Part shown: positions 12,301-38,755 of the stretch, in pieces
Layout: each line of letters starts with the position of its first letter
Numbering within the stretch: position 1 is the stretch's first letter
Assembly: GCA_013265495.1 (NCBI GenBank)
Contig: MU061537.1
Coordinates: forward strand, 558,001-622,000
Source of the DNA: Vicugna vicugna
Lineage: Eukaryota
DNA length: 64,000 nucleotides
Direction: 5' to 3'
Program-made: the position numbers and the translations under genes
Notes under the pieces: generated by a model
The model's input: only the letters and a program-made list of their open reading frames with translations
What the model was told of the DNA's origin: nothing
Database searches by the model: none

Positions 12301-14463
12301 TTTAGATGAAGAGTATTTTCTTCAGCTGCATATTACAGGTTTATTATTAATGGCAATGAATATAATTAAAGGAAGAAAAGGTTTTATGGAAACAATTTTT
12401 TAATCCTTAGTATAAAAAGGCATCATAATGATCAGGATGTATATTGATGGGAAAAAAAATGTCCATTTTAAAAGCCATAGAATACTTAGGGTTACCTATA
12501 ATGCTCACATGCAATTGTTACCCAAGAATCTAGAATATTTGCTATGGACTCTTTTCCCAGGAAATACTTGCAACAGGCTATCAGATACAGCCCTGCAAGG
12601 AAGCAACAAGTAATATAGTGGGAAGAACTGATATTGCTGTTACAGGTTCCTTATCTGAAAAATTGGGATAATATCTACCTCATAGGCCTGTAATATGAAT
12701 TAACAAGATACCATACATAACGTAATGCTTAACATATTGCCAACAGAGTTGATGCACAATATTAGGTATATATTATGTGCTGCACAGTAAGTTATTGTAG
12801 TATAAACTGGTTATATTACTTTTACCACTTTAAAATAACACAAGAACATATACTACCAGTGTACAAGGCTATAAATAATAGAATGTTTTTACCTATTTAC
12901 TTCTTCACTATAAGAGTAATGTCAGGAGATAATATACTTGAGAAACTGAGGGAAATTTTTATGATTAAGGGCTTTCCAAGGTATCTAATATACTTTAGAA
13001 AATCACTTAGCTGTCCACACAGAAACTTGTTCATGAATGTGGCATTATTTATAATAGCCAAAAAGTGGAAACAACTCAAATGTTCATCAAATGATGAGTG
13101 GATAAATAAAATGTGGTATCTCCATGTAAAGGAATATTATTCAGCGATAAAAAAGAATGTAGTGTAATCCATACTACAGTATGGATGAACCAAAAACATT
13201 ATGCCAAATGAAAGAAGCCAGTCACAAAGGACCACATAGTGCATGATTTCATGTATTTGAAATGTCTAGAATAGGCAAATCCAGAGACAGAAAGCAGATT
13301 GGTGGTTGCCTAGGACTGGGAAGTGGGGTAAGTGGAGAGTGATTTAATGGGTATGGGGTTTCCTTTTGAGGTGATGAAATGTTCTGAAACTCACTGTGGT
13401 GATGGCTGCATACCTCTTTGAATATACCAAAAGTCAATAAATTGTGCATTTTAAATGAGTGAATTGTTAGGTATGTGAATTAAATCTCAATAAAGCAGTT
13501 ATTAAAAAACCAAAATCTCTAAGTCAAAAATTACCATTTCAGATCAAGTGAAAATAAAAACAACACGTTTAAAGAAAGTTTTTAAATAAACATTATATTA
13601 CCATCTAGATATCTTGTTCCATAAGCACACTCTGGAAATATTCCTCTCAAATACGTGATGCAGGATACCGAAACTGCTAGAAGCCTCTTCACTAACACTA
13701 AAGACTGCTGCTCAGTTGATATCTTATTGGGAAATACCAATGCACTCTAAATTTAAGGGAAATTAAAACATTTCATTTAGATTTATTTAAAATACAGTTT
13801 TCCTGAACTTAAAGTAGATCTAATTTTTTTTGCATAAGCATGGTACCGTCCCAGAATTCTTAACCGTAGTGGTTAGTAATCACCAGAAAATCAAGGTGGC
13901 TTTTCAGTTGTGAGGGTGTTTCCAGGATAGCAGCCTAAAGGTAACATACAAAAAGTGCTAAAAAATCGGGTCAGAAATCCCCTTGCTGGTTAACTGTCTG
14001 TAAATGCATTATACAAGGATAAATAACATTGATTTTTCTCTTCAGTCACTGACTAGGTTTAACACAGGTTAACTGTAATGCAAGATCTGCACAGAGAAGA
14101 CAATGTTATCCTTGTGTGGCATAGAAATTCATTGTCTAGGATTGGACTTTGTGAATGATAATTTCATCAAAGCAAAAGACTAGCATTCGTTGATACCTAA
14201 TGCAAATTGAATTTGAACCAGCAATTTAATGCAATGCATCAAACATCCAATAAAATTCTCTATTAATTCAAATTAATTTAACACATATTTTCATTTCTTA
14301 AAACATGTGGAGTCCTGATATCATTAAACCCTCAAAGAGTTGACTCTAACTTTCAAACATAAAAATAGTTAAGACTTCAAGAAACAATAAAATTAGCTAA
14401 ATTAAAATATATTACAAGAAATCATACCGTGGAGGAAGTTCTCCGCAATTGTGCAGTGGCCAT
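234..14463 (-). CDS. HORMAD1: HORMA domain-containing protein 1 (meiotic axis protein), complete spliced CDS, 1191 nt / 396 aa
   Basis: 14 GT-AG coding exons join in frame: 14428-14463, 13602-13746, 12179-12242, 11705-11741, 9753-9773, 9466-9492, 7874-7941, 7236-7387, 5815-6074, 4370-4436, 4213-4289, 3388-3471, 1537-1608, 234-314. Protein [22 protein letters not shown]...[20 protein letters not shown]. Confidence 0.98.
1537..1608 (-). CDS. HORMAD1: HORMAD1 exon 14 (72 nt)
   Basis: [24 protein letters not shown]; gag acceptor, gtaag donor. Confidence 0.9.
1695..2165 (-). mobile_element. Old L1 (L1M-type) 3' end fragment
   Basis: Typical antisense L1 3' UTR text (tggcttcttttacttagcataatgttttcaagattcatcca). 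Confidence 0.8.
2574..2731 (+). mobile_element. Non-autonomous hAT DNA transposon (MER63-like MITE)
   Basis: 14-bp terminal inverted repeats CAGTGGTGTGCTGG / CCAACACACCACTG (1 mismatch). Confidence 0.8.
3388..3471 (-). CDS. HORMAD1: HORMAD1 exon 13 (84 nt)
   Basis: [28 protein letters not shown]; tag/gtaag. Confidence 0.95.
4213..4289 (-). CDS. HORMAD1: HORMAD1 exon 12 (77 nt)
   Basis: [26 protein letters not shown]. Confidence 0.95.
4370..4436 (-). CDS. HORMAD1: HORMAD1 exon 11 (67 nt)
   Basis: [22 protein letters not shown]; 80-nt intron follows. Confidence 0.95.
5815..6074 (-). CDS. HORMAD1: HORMAD1 exon 10 (260 nt)
   Basis: [18 protein letters not shown]...EDEQEHCTS. Confidence 0.97.
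6262..6445 (+). mobile_element. MIR SINE
   Basis: MIR core (ctgtgtggccttgagg...tttcctcatctgtcagatggag); other MIRs at about 8255-8435, 8760-8980, 24810-25100 (-), 53290-53460, 54990-55170. Confidence 0.75.
7236..7387 (-). CDS. HORMAD1: HORMAD1 exon 9 (152 nt)
   Basis: [50 protein letters not shown]. Confidence 0.97.
7874..7941 (-). CDS. HORMAD1: HORMAD1 exon 8 (68 nt)
   Basis: [23 protein letters not shown]. Confidence 0.95.
9466..9492 (-). CDS. HORMAD1: HORMAD1 exon 7 (27-nt microexon)
   Basis: VYTNPEDPQ; tag/gtaag. Confidence 0.93.
9753..9773 (-). CDS. HORMAD1: HORMAD1 exon 6 (21-nt microexon)
   Basis: LRMVVLA; cag/gtaag. Confidence 0.93.
10170..10990 (+). mobile_element. L2 LINE 3' fragment
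   Basis: L2 3' end text (gtgcctagcacatagcaggcactcaatattt...gaat). Confidence 0.75.
11237..11411 (-). mobile_element. 5'-truncated young artiodactyl/camelid L1
   Basis: Poly(T) plus L1 3' end; 10-bp TSD TGAATGAACT at 11227-11236 and 11412-11421. Confidence 0.85.
11705..11741 (-). CDS. HORMAD1: HORMAD1 exon 5 (37 nt)
   Basis: (W)[12 protein letters not shown]. Confidence 0.95.
12179..12242 (-). CDS. HORMAD1: HORMAD1 exon 4 (64 nt)
   Basis: [22 protein letters not shown]. Confidence 0.95.
13010..13510 (+). mobile_element. L1MB-like 3' end
   Basis: aatagccaaaaagtggaaacaactcaaatg...ctcaataaagcagttattaaaaaa. Confidence 0.85.
13602..13746 (-). CDS. HORMAD1: HORMAD1 exon 3 (145 nt)
   Basis: [48 protein letters not shown]. 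Confidence 0.97.
14428..14463 (-). CDS. HORMAD1: HORMAD1 exon 2 coding part (whole exon 14428-14493)
   Basis: ATG at 14463; [12 protein letters not shown]; gtatga donor. Confidence 0.95.
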
Positions 14464-15364
14464 CTTCTGATAAAGTATTTTCTTTAAATCAACCTTGTGA
14501 CACAAATACAAGCTTCAACTTCATATCTTATTTTTATCTCTAATATTCTAGTTTACTACATGTAAAGTCAGAAAGAATTTTATATGAATAGAACTATTTT
14601 TACCTAAAATGGAATCTTCAAAAACAGAGATTCATTTTGCTATACAACTCTTTTAAGTCCTAATTTTAAGCCATCTAACTAGCAAGCCTCACAGAAATGG
14701 GTTTATTAAGAAAGCTCGTTAAAAGACCTTTAAAGAAAAAAGCATGATCTGTTTTTCTTCACTTCACAGTATTCAAACACTGACAACATTGCACAGGTAG
14801 GTAGTAGATAATGAAAAATTGCCCGTCAAACGCTTTAAAATAATCTTTTAATTTTTGTTTTAAATTTGTAGTTTCAAAATGACCAAATCAGGTAACTTTC
14901 CTTCCCCGAACTTTAGCACGACTCTGGATATAACATATTGTTCTACTCTGTGGAAAAACCATAAAAGAGCAACAGAAAACACTCTAGATTTTGGGGGGGC
15001 TGATTCTGACTTTCTCAATTATAACTTTGATATTTTGACGTAAGTTTCATTTTTTTGTCTCAATTTCATTCATCTTAATCAGACAATTCATCTAGAAGAA
15101 TTCACAGAAGAGTCTATTTAAGGTAAACGTTTAAATTTATCCTGATGAGGCCTGTAGTAGAAGCCACAGCAGACCTAATCTAAAGAACCTCTTGTGAAAA
15201 GTAGGTATACCTTCCTCCTCCCCACCTCCGCCCCCCGCCAATGTTTCACCATTAAGACCTTAAGAAACTTACAAGTAGATGGGAGGTAACAGAAAAAGAC
15301 ATCAAAAAGAAAAAGAGAGAGAAAGAAACGAAAAGAAGGAAAACGAAAAAGAAATTTGTATTAC

Positions 15365-15670
15365 GGAGCGTCTGAGGGTCCTGAGACGGCGACCCGGAGA
15401 GCGGCAGGTTGCGGCACGCGCTTCGCCCGATGCGCATGCGCCTTCCTTCAACCGTTGCCTGCAGTGGCGCGACAGAAGCCTTTTGACCCCGCTGTGGAGG
15501 TCAACTTTCCCGCCAAGAGCAGCGCAAGGTGCGCTGGGAAACTCGAGGGCCCGAAGACCTCGCCTCAGCTAGAAAAGCTACATGCCTTAAAGGGAAGGTT
15601 AATGGCACGTGCAAAGCCTTCCCGATGTACATAGCTTTCCTACAGTGACCGAAGTGTTTCCAGCCGCCGT
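15365..15670 (-). promoter_or_regulatory. HORMAD1: HORMAD1 non-coding exon 1 and CpG-rich germline promoter
   Basis: Local CpG cluster; donor CC|gtaata at 15365; NRF1 TGCGCATGCGC 15431-15441; MYB CAACCGTTG 15449-15457; E2F TTTCCCGCCAA 15506-15516; E-box CACGTG 15606-15611. Confidence 0.8.
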
Positions 15671-16167
15671 TTAATTAAATTCTGACTGTTTTGATTTTGT
15701 TATTGAATCTACCATATAATGCATTTCCGCCTTACAGTGTCTTCAGGAAACCAGTTGCTCCTTCTTAGGTGTTTCTGCTGTGCTGTCTGTGGGGACAGTG
15801 ACAGCTTGAATGTAACTAATGTCTCATGTAGAAGCAAAATAATCAAATCAGAGCTGGTAGGTAGTTGGAGATTGTCCAGTAATACAGACTTCTTAGTTTA
15901 CAGAAGTTTGTTATATATCCAAATAAATCGTGCTAGTCGTGTAGACATATATCAATTATTCATAAACTTTGATATGTCTGCGTTACCGGTTAGAAAACAG
16001 CCACCCCAGATATAAAAAGATTTTCCCAGAGTCAGGACAGGAATGAAATCTAGAACCCTGCTTTCAGGGTCAAAAATAGTGAAAATCCCCTGATCTAAAA
16101 ATTACTTTGCTTTATATTTCTCTCACACTTAAAGTTTTGTGAAAAATTGAACAGCAACCTCAATTAG

Positions 16168-16467
16168 TGTTGGGAGATCAGAATGGGGAATTCTTATGCT
16201 GTGGGAGACAGCAGAGCCCAGTAGGAAGAAGGACTCCTCTTCTTTCCTGGCAAGGACTCAGCCAGTGAAAAGCCATAGACTCTTCGTTTACTAGAGCCCT
16301 CTCAACTTCCTTTTCCTCTATATAAAAGCATTCTCCTTCCCTTGCCCTGCAAGGGCTTGCATATGGCTGGCCATGGTTGCAGACCCCAAACTGGAGTTTT
16401 CTGTTGATCCCCCAAAAAACCAGCTTTTCTGGAAAAATATCTAGCAGCCATTTGTTTCAGGTCAACA
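16168..16467 (+). mobile_element. ERV1-type solo LTR
   Basis: TGTTG...CAACA termini; TATAAAA 16321-16327. Confidence 0.7.
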
Positions 16468-16593
16468 GTGTACAAAGAGCTTTCACATTTACTATCTCAT
16501 TATTCTATGTTATTCTTGCTTTGCTTTTTCCAAGAACCTTGTGAGGAAGACACACGTATTACCCCTACTTTAGAGATGAGAAAATGATTCAGT

Positions 16594-16800
16594 GGGAAGG
16601 GTATAGCTCAGTGGCAGAGCACATGCTTAGCATGCACAAGGTCCTGGGTTCAATCCTCAGTACCTCCATTAAAATAAATAAATAAATAAATAAACCAAAT
16701 GATTTCCCCCTCTGAAAAAACAAACAAAAAACCCACAAAATTTTCAAAAAAGTGTAAAATCAATAAGACAGCTCAAAAAAAAAAAACAAAAAACAAAAAC
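16594..16800 (+). mobile_element. Camelid tRNA-derived SINE (vic-1 type)
   Basis: A box TAGCTCAGTGG, B box GGTTCAATCC, (AAAT)n and A-rich tail. Confidence 0.85.
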
Positions 16801-17004
16801 AATTCACGTAAAATTGGTAGTACCATGTGAGGTTACTAGTAATTTCAGCACCAGCAGCCGGGGAGTCACTACACCACCTAATGATGACATAAAAGTTTAT
16901 GATATGGTGCTTCATATTAAATTTTTGAGTTATTAATAACTATACAAAAAACAATATATGAAAAATAAATAGCTCATCTGTGATAGATAGAATCACAATA
17001 ATGC

Positions 17005-17520
17005 TGTAGGCGAGGAATAATTTCTCTTAGGGTCTCTGGCTGGGCCATAAATTAAACTGACAGAAAGCAGACTAACAGGAGAAAACATACAAATTGTAAT
17101 TATATATGTTTTACAAGTACATGGGAGTCTTTACAAGGAAAGTGAAGACCCTAAGAAGCAGAGCTGAATGCTTATATATTGAATTGGACAAGTAGCAAAT
17201 TGTGAAATGTGATTAGGCCAAAGGGGTTGGGCTGGGGCAGTTAAAGGATTTGAGAAGTGACTTAGGAGGATGAGGGTTAATTTAACACAGTTTGTACAAA
17301 TTTACCTCAGGCTTGACTGCATGCCCTTGGTGATAAGAATGTCTCTTTCCTTCTGGTATAAGAAGGACATTTTCACATGGGAATTTAATCTGCTTTCAAG
17401 AAAAAGAAGGGAGATCAGAATGTCTTTCTTGCAGCTGCTGTTTTTCAATTGCCTTTAATTCAAAATAGTCAATAATGCCAGAGAGGCATATTCTGGGGTG
17501 GTGTGTTCTGAACTCCTTCA
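17005..17520 (-). mobile_element. ERV1 solo LTR (MER34-like)
   Basis: TG...CA termini with 4-bp TSD ATGC at 17001-17004 and 17521-17524. Confidence 0.85.
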
Positions 17521-18050
17521 ATGCAATAACTAACTACTGACTTAACCAACTATATCATTGACTGTATTTTGAGGATGAGAGCAGAGAAATTGGTGGTGTT
17601 GGTGCAAGAGATCTAAAACATCAACTACCATAATAGTAAGTATGCAGATACCATTTTAAACTGAGAAGTCAAAAAATAGCAATACAATGTATCAGAAACC
17701 TGAAGGTAAACACTAGAAGAAACAGCTAAAAGAATTGTCATTGACTTAAAACTATTACTGATTTTAAAAAAATATTGGTTAAAAGAATGAGATGTTTGGT
17801 TTTTACATATATTCACCATAAAACAACCAACCTTCAGTGGTACATAGTGTTAATCATAGTGTCATTTTGAATTTGCCTCTGAGTTGTTTAGTAACAGCTG
17901 CTAGGTACTGTAGGGAACATAACATTTTTGCTGTCTAGAATAGATAAATTCTTGATTATATTACACAAGCACTGCCAAGATACACAAATCTATATACGAG
18001 GGATCAATTTTTATACAATTTATTTACACAATTTATTTGCTATTTGAAAT

Positions 18051-18397
18051 TGTTGGGGAGGAAAAATGTTTCCTCTGCCCGCTAAGATATAATACTTGGG
18101 CTCTGAAAATTAAACTGACAACAGTCATATTGGCAAGAAAAAAATAACATTTAATTATGTATGTTTGCATGGGAATTCACAAAGAACTGTGGCTCAAGAT
18201 ATGGTTAGAATTTGAAGTTTATATGCCATCTTAATAGGAGATAGGAAGGAGCAGATGGTCACTTATGGTAAAACAAATGACTTTCTGGGAAAAATAAGTG
18301 GTCTCTTAGGAGAGTAGATGGGCTGTATGATAGCTTTATGACAATGTCTGTGTAGGTGATTTCTTATCCAGGTGCTGACTTGTACTGAATTCTCTTT
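18051..18397 (-). mobile_element. Truncated ERV1 LTR (MER34-like)
   Basis: Shares aaattaaactgaca and similar end sequence with the 17005-17520 LTR. Confidence 0.65.
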
Positions 18398-19063
18398 AGT
18401 GAAGTTGAACAAGCTGATGCTGTGTCTTCTTGTTTCAGCTCTCATATTGTAAACAAGTGTACTTTTTTGTCATCTATTTAGTACCATGTGTTGCAATTTT
18501 GTGTCTCTCTCTCTTTCTCTATCTTTTTTTTTTTTTTTTTTTTTTTTTTTTGATGATGATTTGGCTGTTTAAAATGGGTAGTGCATGGGGAGGATATAGC
18601 TCAGTGGTAGCGTGCATGCTTAGCATGCATGAAGTCCTGGGTTCAATCCTCAGCACCTCCATTAAAACATAAATAAATAAACCTAATTACCTCCCCTTCC
18701 CAAAAAGTCTAAAGTGGATAATGCTGTCTAGAAGTTCTGCCTAATGTTCCTAAACGTAAGAAAGTTGCGATGTGCCTTACATAGAAAATATATGCATTAG
18801 ATAATTTTTCAGGCATGAGTTACAGTTCTGTTGGCTGTGAGTTTAATGTTAATGATTCAACAGTATATATTAAATAAAGTGTCTTTAAACAGAGACATAC
18901 ATAAAAGAAGGTTATGTATTAATCAGTTGATGAAAATGTTGTGACCAAAGGCTTACAGGAACCTAACCCTGTATTTCGCTTAGAAACAATGCTTCAGTGT
19001 TTGATAATTCATTGTTCCTGGTATTATTTGCCCATAACTACTGCAAATAATGAGAACTGATTG
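18398..19063 (+). mobile_element. TcMar-Tigger DNA transposon (MER44/Tigger7-like), interrupted by a SINE
   Basis: MER44-type text as recalled (cttacaggaacctaaccctgtattt...taatgagaactgattg). Confidence 0.75.
18587..18710 (+). mobile_element. Camelid vic-1-type SINE nested in the MER44-like element
   Basis: A/B boxes, aaacctaattacctccc 3' motif; diverged TSD aaaatgggtagtgc / aaagtggataatgc. Confidence 0.85.
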
Positions 19064-19071
19064 TTAAATAC

Positions 19072-19648
19072 TGACAGGGTTCAGGACACACTACCCCATA
19101 ATATGGCACCGTGGCATGTTGAATACTTTAAGCTGAAGGGATTTAGAAGTGGCAGGAGGAGGAAGGACTCTTATCTGCCCCTTTCCCCTGAAGCAGTTCA
19201 AATTAAAAAGCAGGTGCTGGAAGGACTCTGGTCTACCCCTTCTCCTCTGAAGCAGGTCAGAAGATTCTCATGTGAGCCGTGCCCTCCGTATACCTAGAAG
19301 AAAGAAGTATCTTTACCTCCAAGGACAGTGGGATGTTTCTGAACACTTCTGAACTTAGCAGGCCTTGCTAAGTTTCCCCTAGTTTATCACCGTTAGCGCG
19401 TACCCTTTTGTCCCACCACCTTTTCCCAGGACTTTCCACTCTTCATAGAACCTAGTATAAATAAGTGTCCAAGTTTAACTGTCTCTTCCAGGCTTCATTT
19501 CCTTATGAAGGTTTCCATGTCGTATAAACGTAAATCAAGTAAATTTGTATGCTTTTCTCTTCTGAATCTGCCTTTTATCAATCCAATTTATAGGGTTATA
19601 GCTGGGGAAACTAAGAGGATAGCAGGAAAAATTTTTTTTTCCTCCATA
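19072..19648 (+). mobile_element. ERV1 solo LTR (MER34-like)
   Basis: TGACAGGGTTCAGGACACACTACCCC start resembles the 17005-17520 LTR; TSD ATAC. Confidence 0.75.
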
Positions 19649-19751
19649 ATACTTTTTGATTTTTGAGCCACTTGAATGTATTAGCTCTACTAAAAATTAA
19701 ATTAAAAACAAAAGACTCTCAGGAACTTAGAAAGGTTAACTTTCTATTTCA

Positions 19752-19888
19752 TTTTATTTTTTGAGGGGTAGGTAGTTAGGTTTTTAATTTATTTTATTTT
19801 TATTTATTTTTTAATGGACATACTGGGGATTGAACATAGGACTGCATGCATGCTAACCACACACTCTACCACTGAGCTGTAACCTCTC
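19752..19888 (-). mobile_element. Camelid vic-1-type SINE
   Basis: Reverse-complement A/B boxes; diverged TSD ttaactttctatttcatt / ttaacttccaatttcatt. Confidence 0.8.
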
Positions 19889-20370
19889 TCTCAATTAACT
19901 TCCAATTTCATTACAGCAATCTTGTTCATTATCTTTACCTTGGTGAAGCAAAAGGCGAGAGGAACAAAATCCAGATCAAAGTACAGTCCTGGGAGGGATA
20001 GGAAAAAGAAAAGGAGGAAGGGAAAGAAAGCTCTGAATAATGGGTTCCTTTAAATTTTAACAGGAGTTTTAAAATAGTTTCTAAAAGTGTTAGATTTCCA
20101 TTATTGTGAAGGAACTAGGACCTATTTTTACTTCTAACACTTATAATGGGCTGGTCATTCTTCTGTATTCATTTATCACTCATTCATTCTCTCAACAAAT
20201 AGTGACTGATCACTTTAAGGCAGGCACTATGTATGCTGTGTTCTAGGCACAAAGTGTCATGATTTCTGCCCTCCTTGACTTTGCAATCTAATGAAGGAAA
20301 GAGATGCTATATAAGTAAGTATATAAATACATATATAATTACAATTTGATGTGTTATGACAGAAAAGCAC

Positions 20371-21275
20371 TGTTCTCAATCAGAAAGTCAAAGGTTGGGG
20401 TGCCTTGGGGCTGCTCCCCCTACCCCAGCCGGACTGTATTCTGCCTATGGAATGTGTGTCTCTGAGACAGGATGCAGGGGGACAGGGCACAGCCATTCAA
20501 GGAATGCCACAGCAATTAACATCAAAATGGTAAAAGATTCAACCCCCAGTAGGCATTGAGGCTTAGGAAGATTAGAGATTTAACTTCTAGTAGATCTTGA
20601 GCTTCATTATAAGCCCATTGTAACATATTAACATGGTGAATAACACGCCCACAGGCACCATGGCAGTCCCAAGGCTAGCCACAAAAGGTCAAAGGGTGGG
20701 AAACGGCCAAATTCCTGGGAATCCCAGCCCCTTCCCCTTAGACTGGTCCTTCCACTTATTAGCACATGAAGCCACCAAGTCCATAGAAACCAGCAACACG
20801 GTGCCTTGCAGCCGCCCCTCTGTCTCCCTCTTCGGAGACATTCTATCTGTGGAGTGCGTACCTACTTTTAATCTGAGCACCCAACCCCCACACCTCGTGG
20901 CCTTTCTCTTGCCTTTCAATGTATCTCTCTGAATAAATCTACATTCACTCAACTGTGGCTCGCTCTTGAATTCTTTCCTGCGTGAAGCCAAGGACCCACA
21001 CTTGGTGGAGCATGTCCCAGGGGCTCAACCCTTCTGATGCCCCACGTCTGTTTTCCTGCATCATATCCTAGGGCCTCTCTTGCCTTCTGAGATGGCCCAC
21101 ACTCTGTCTGTGGAGTGTGTATCTCCTTGAATAAATCTGCTCTTACTTTACTATGGCTTGCTCTTGAATTCTTTCCTGCACGAAGCCAAGGACCCTCATT
21201 TGGCTGGGAGCGTCCCAGGGACTCACCCAAGACCTGGGACACAACCATCCTCTTGCACCCCATTTTCCTGCAACA
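20371..21275 (+). mobile_element. ERV LTR with duplicated R/U5 module
   Basis: Two copies of GAATAAATCT...GCTCTTGAATTCTTTCCTGC..GAAGCCAAGGACCC; ends TTTTCCTGCAACA; 5' boundary uncertain. Confidence 0.8.
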
Positions 21276-22237
21276 TTACCATGTTTTTATAGTTAGCAAT
21301 TATTCTTCTTTAAAATGTAATTTGTGGAGAGAGAACCAAAGATCATGAAAATGGTTAAAGTTCAGTTTAAGAAACACTAACAGCATCACCCCACATATTT
21401 TTCATGTCACAGACATGAATCTATGAAATTTAAAGTTCCTGCTGCCTCTTCAGAGCCTGTCTACTAATCTAGAGCAGTTGTGAGGAAGATCAATCTGAAT
21501 TAGATAAAACTATGAGTAATGGAATATTTTTAAAGAAATGCAGTTCGGTTATTTTTTCAGGTTGACTAATTGTTTGCCCCCAAAAGGCCCTGGCCAAACT
21601 GCTAATGACTAGGTAAAAATAATGTGAATTAGTATATTAATTGCTAATTATTAAAAACAAAGTACTTGATAAGATTATCTTTTAAGCATTAGTCTACTTT
21701 GACATCATTTATTTAAAAAAAATTATTGAATCCTTTCTTGTGCAAAAATACAGTCTGAGACATTAATAACCTAATAGTTTTTTCCATGAAAGTTGCCATA
21801 GCACATCACCAGCATACCACAATTTAACATTCTCACAATAGATTATAACAGTTTCCTGAGAACAAGGAAAGAATGGTATGTGGTAATGATACAAAGTTGA
21901 AAAGACATACACTTATTAAGCATTTATATGCCATCAAGATTCAAAAGGATATCAGAGGACTTAAAAGGACAAATAAAATAAGACAATGACAAACATGACA
22001 GATCATTTCAGGTTGACCCATTTTCATAAGTTATATCAATAGTACATTACTAGTTTGCTTAGCAAACTTTCCCACAAGATCTGCAAAGTTTAAAAAGTAG
22101 ACGTCAAACTATATTTTCTGTTAGTACAGTAAATATACGTTGATCATGTCACACATTTCTACTGCTTACAGCAGGTAAAATTAAGTTAAGAGAATGTGTT
22201 TTGTCCTTCTTGAATTGTTCTAAAACGAAGAGATCCT

Positions 22238-37845
<15,608 letters not shown>

Positions 37846-38755
37846 CCTGTTACAGGGAAGGTAACATAGGAAGAGTAAGGATTCGCTGCATGTATGTGTA
37901 GCGCAGAGTCTCTCAAAGGGACAGAATCTTACAGATCAGAATTATACAGGCAATTTTCTGAATTATAGTCACAGGGAGTAACAGCATATTTATGTCTGAA
38001 ATACCACTTCCAATATTTAGTAGCACTTTAAAAAGTGATTTTCAAAAATTTCCTGATCTCTAAGAACCCAAATTTACAGGGAGGGATGAGGGAAGCAGGG
38101 ACTTTACAGGATTTGCCAACAAATCTAACCAAGGGAAATCCTCTGTCCTCCTTTCAAAAAAAAAAAATCCTTAAAAAGGCAAACGTTTAAAAAATCAGAT
38201 TATCTTCATAATTTTTGAATACACGAGCTGTTCTTAACTGCTCTACTTAAAATATGTACAACATTCAGAGGTAGTTAAAAGACAGCTCCTGTGTGTTGCT
38301 TTCACATCCTTGGATCATTGTACCGTTTAAACTTTTTTCCCCAGCAATCAAAATATCTATTTCAAAAGAAGCAATTAACTACTTTTGAAAACACCATTTC
38401 TGTATTTAATACAAAGAGACTTCAACAGAAATTTGGTGACTAACTGCCTCAAACTGGATTCTTCTTTCTTTTCCATTTCTTTTTAATTCAAAACAGCTGG
38501 ATTTTTAAGCAATGTAACTCTTCAAAGTATACTCCGAAGAAAGCTACGTTTCAGCCTAAGGCTGTAGATGTTCAAGTAGACTTTAGCTTTTCAAAAATAG
38601 ATTCTTTTTAGTCAAAAAAACGAGAGGCAAATTGAGCGACAATGATTTTTTAGTTTACTTCCTGAAACGATGTAAAACCTAGCGGGCAGAGCAAGTTAAA
38701 AACACAAACAAAGGGTCTAAGTATAGTAAATAGGAGAAGAACAGACAGTACATAC

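Noticed and set aside
12775..13167. 130-aa plus-strand ORF
   Set aside because: Its C-terminal part is a decayed L1 ORF2 remnant; there is no gene structure.
13847..13934. Exon-like block in HORMAD1 intron 2
   Set aside because: The acceptor is plausible but all candidate donors are weak.
15279..15634. Plus-strand ORFs across the HORMAD1 promoter
   Set aside because: They follow from stop-poor GC-rich and purine-rich sequence; there is no coding signature.
16594..16670. tRNA-Ala-like sequences with A and B boxes (also at 18587, 19752, 63745)
   Set aside because: They carry a SINE body, A-rich tail and TSDs, so they are SINE heads rather than tRNA genes.
20633..21348. Overlapping 77-104 aa ORFs with a repeated peptide
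   Set aside because: Explained by the duplicated LTR module; no gag, pol or env similarity is visible.
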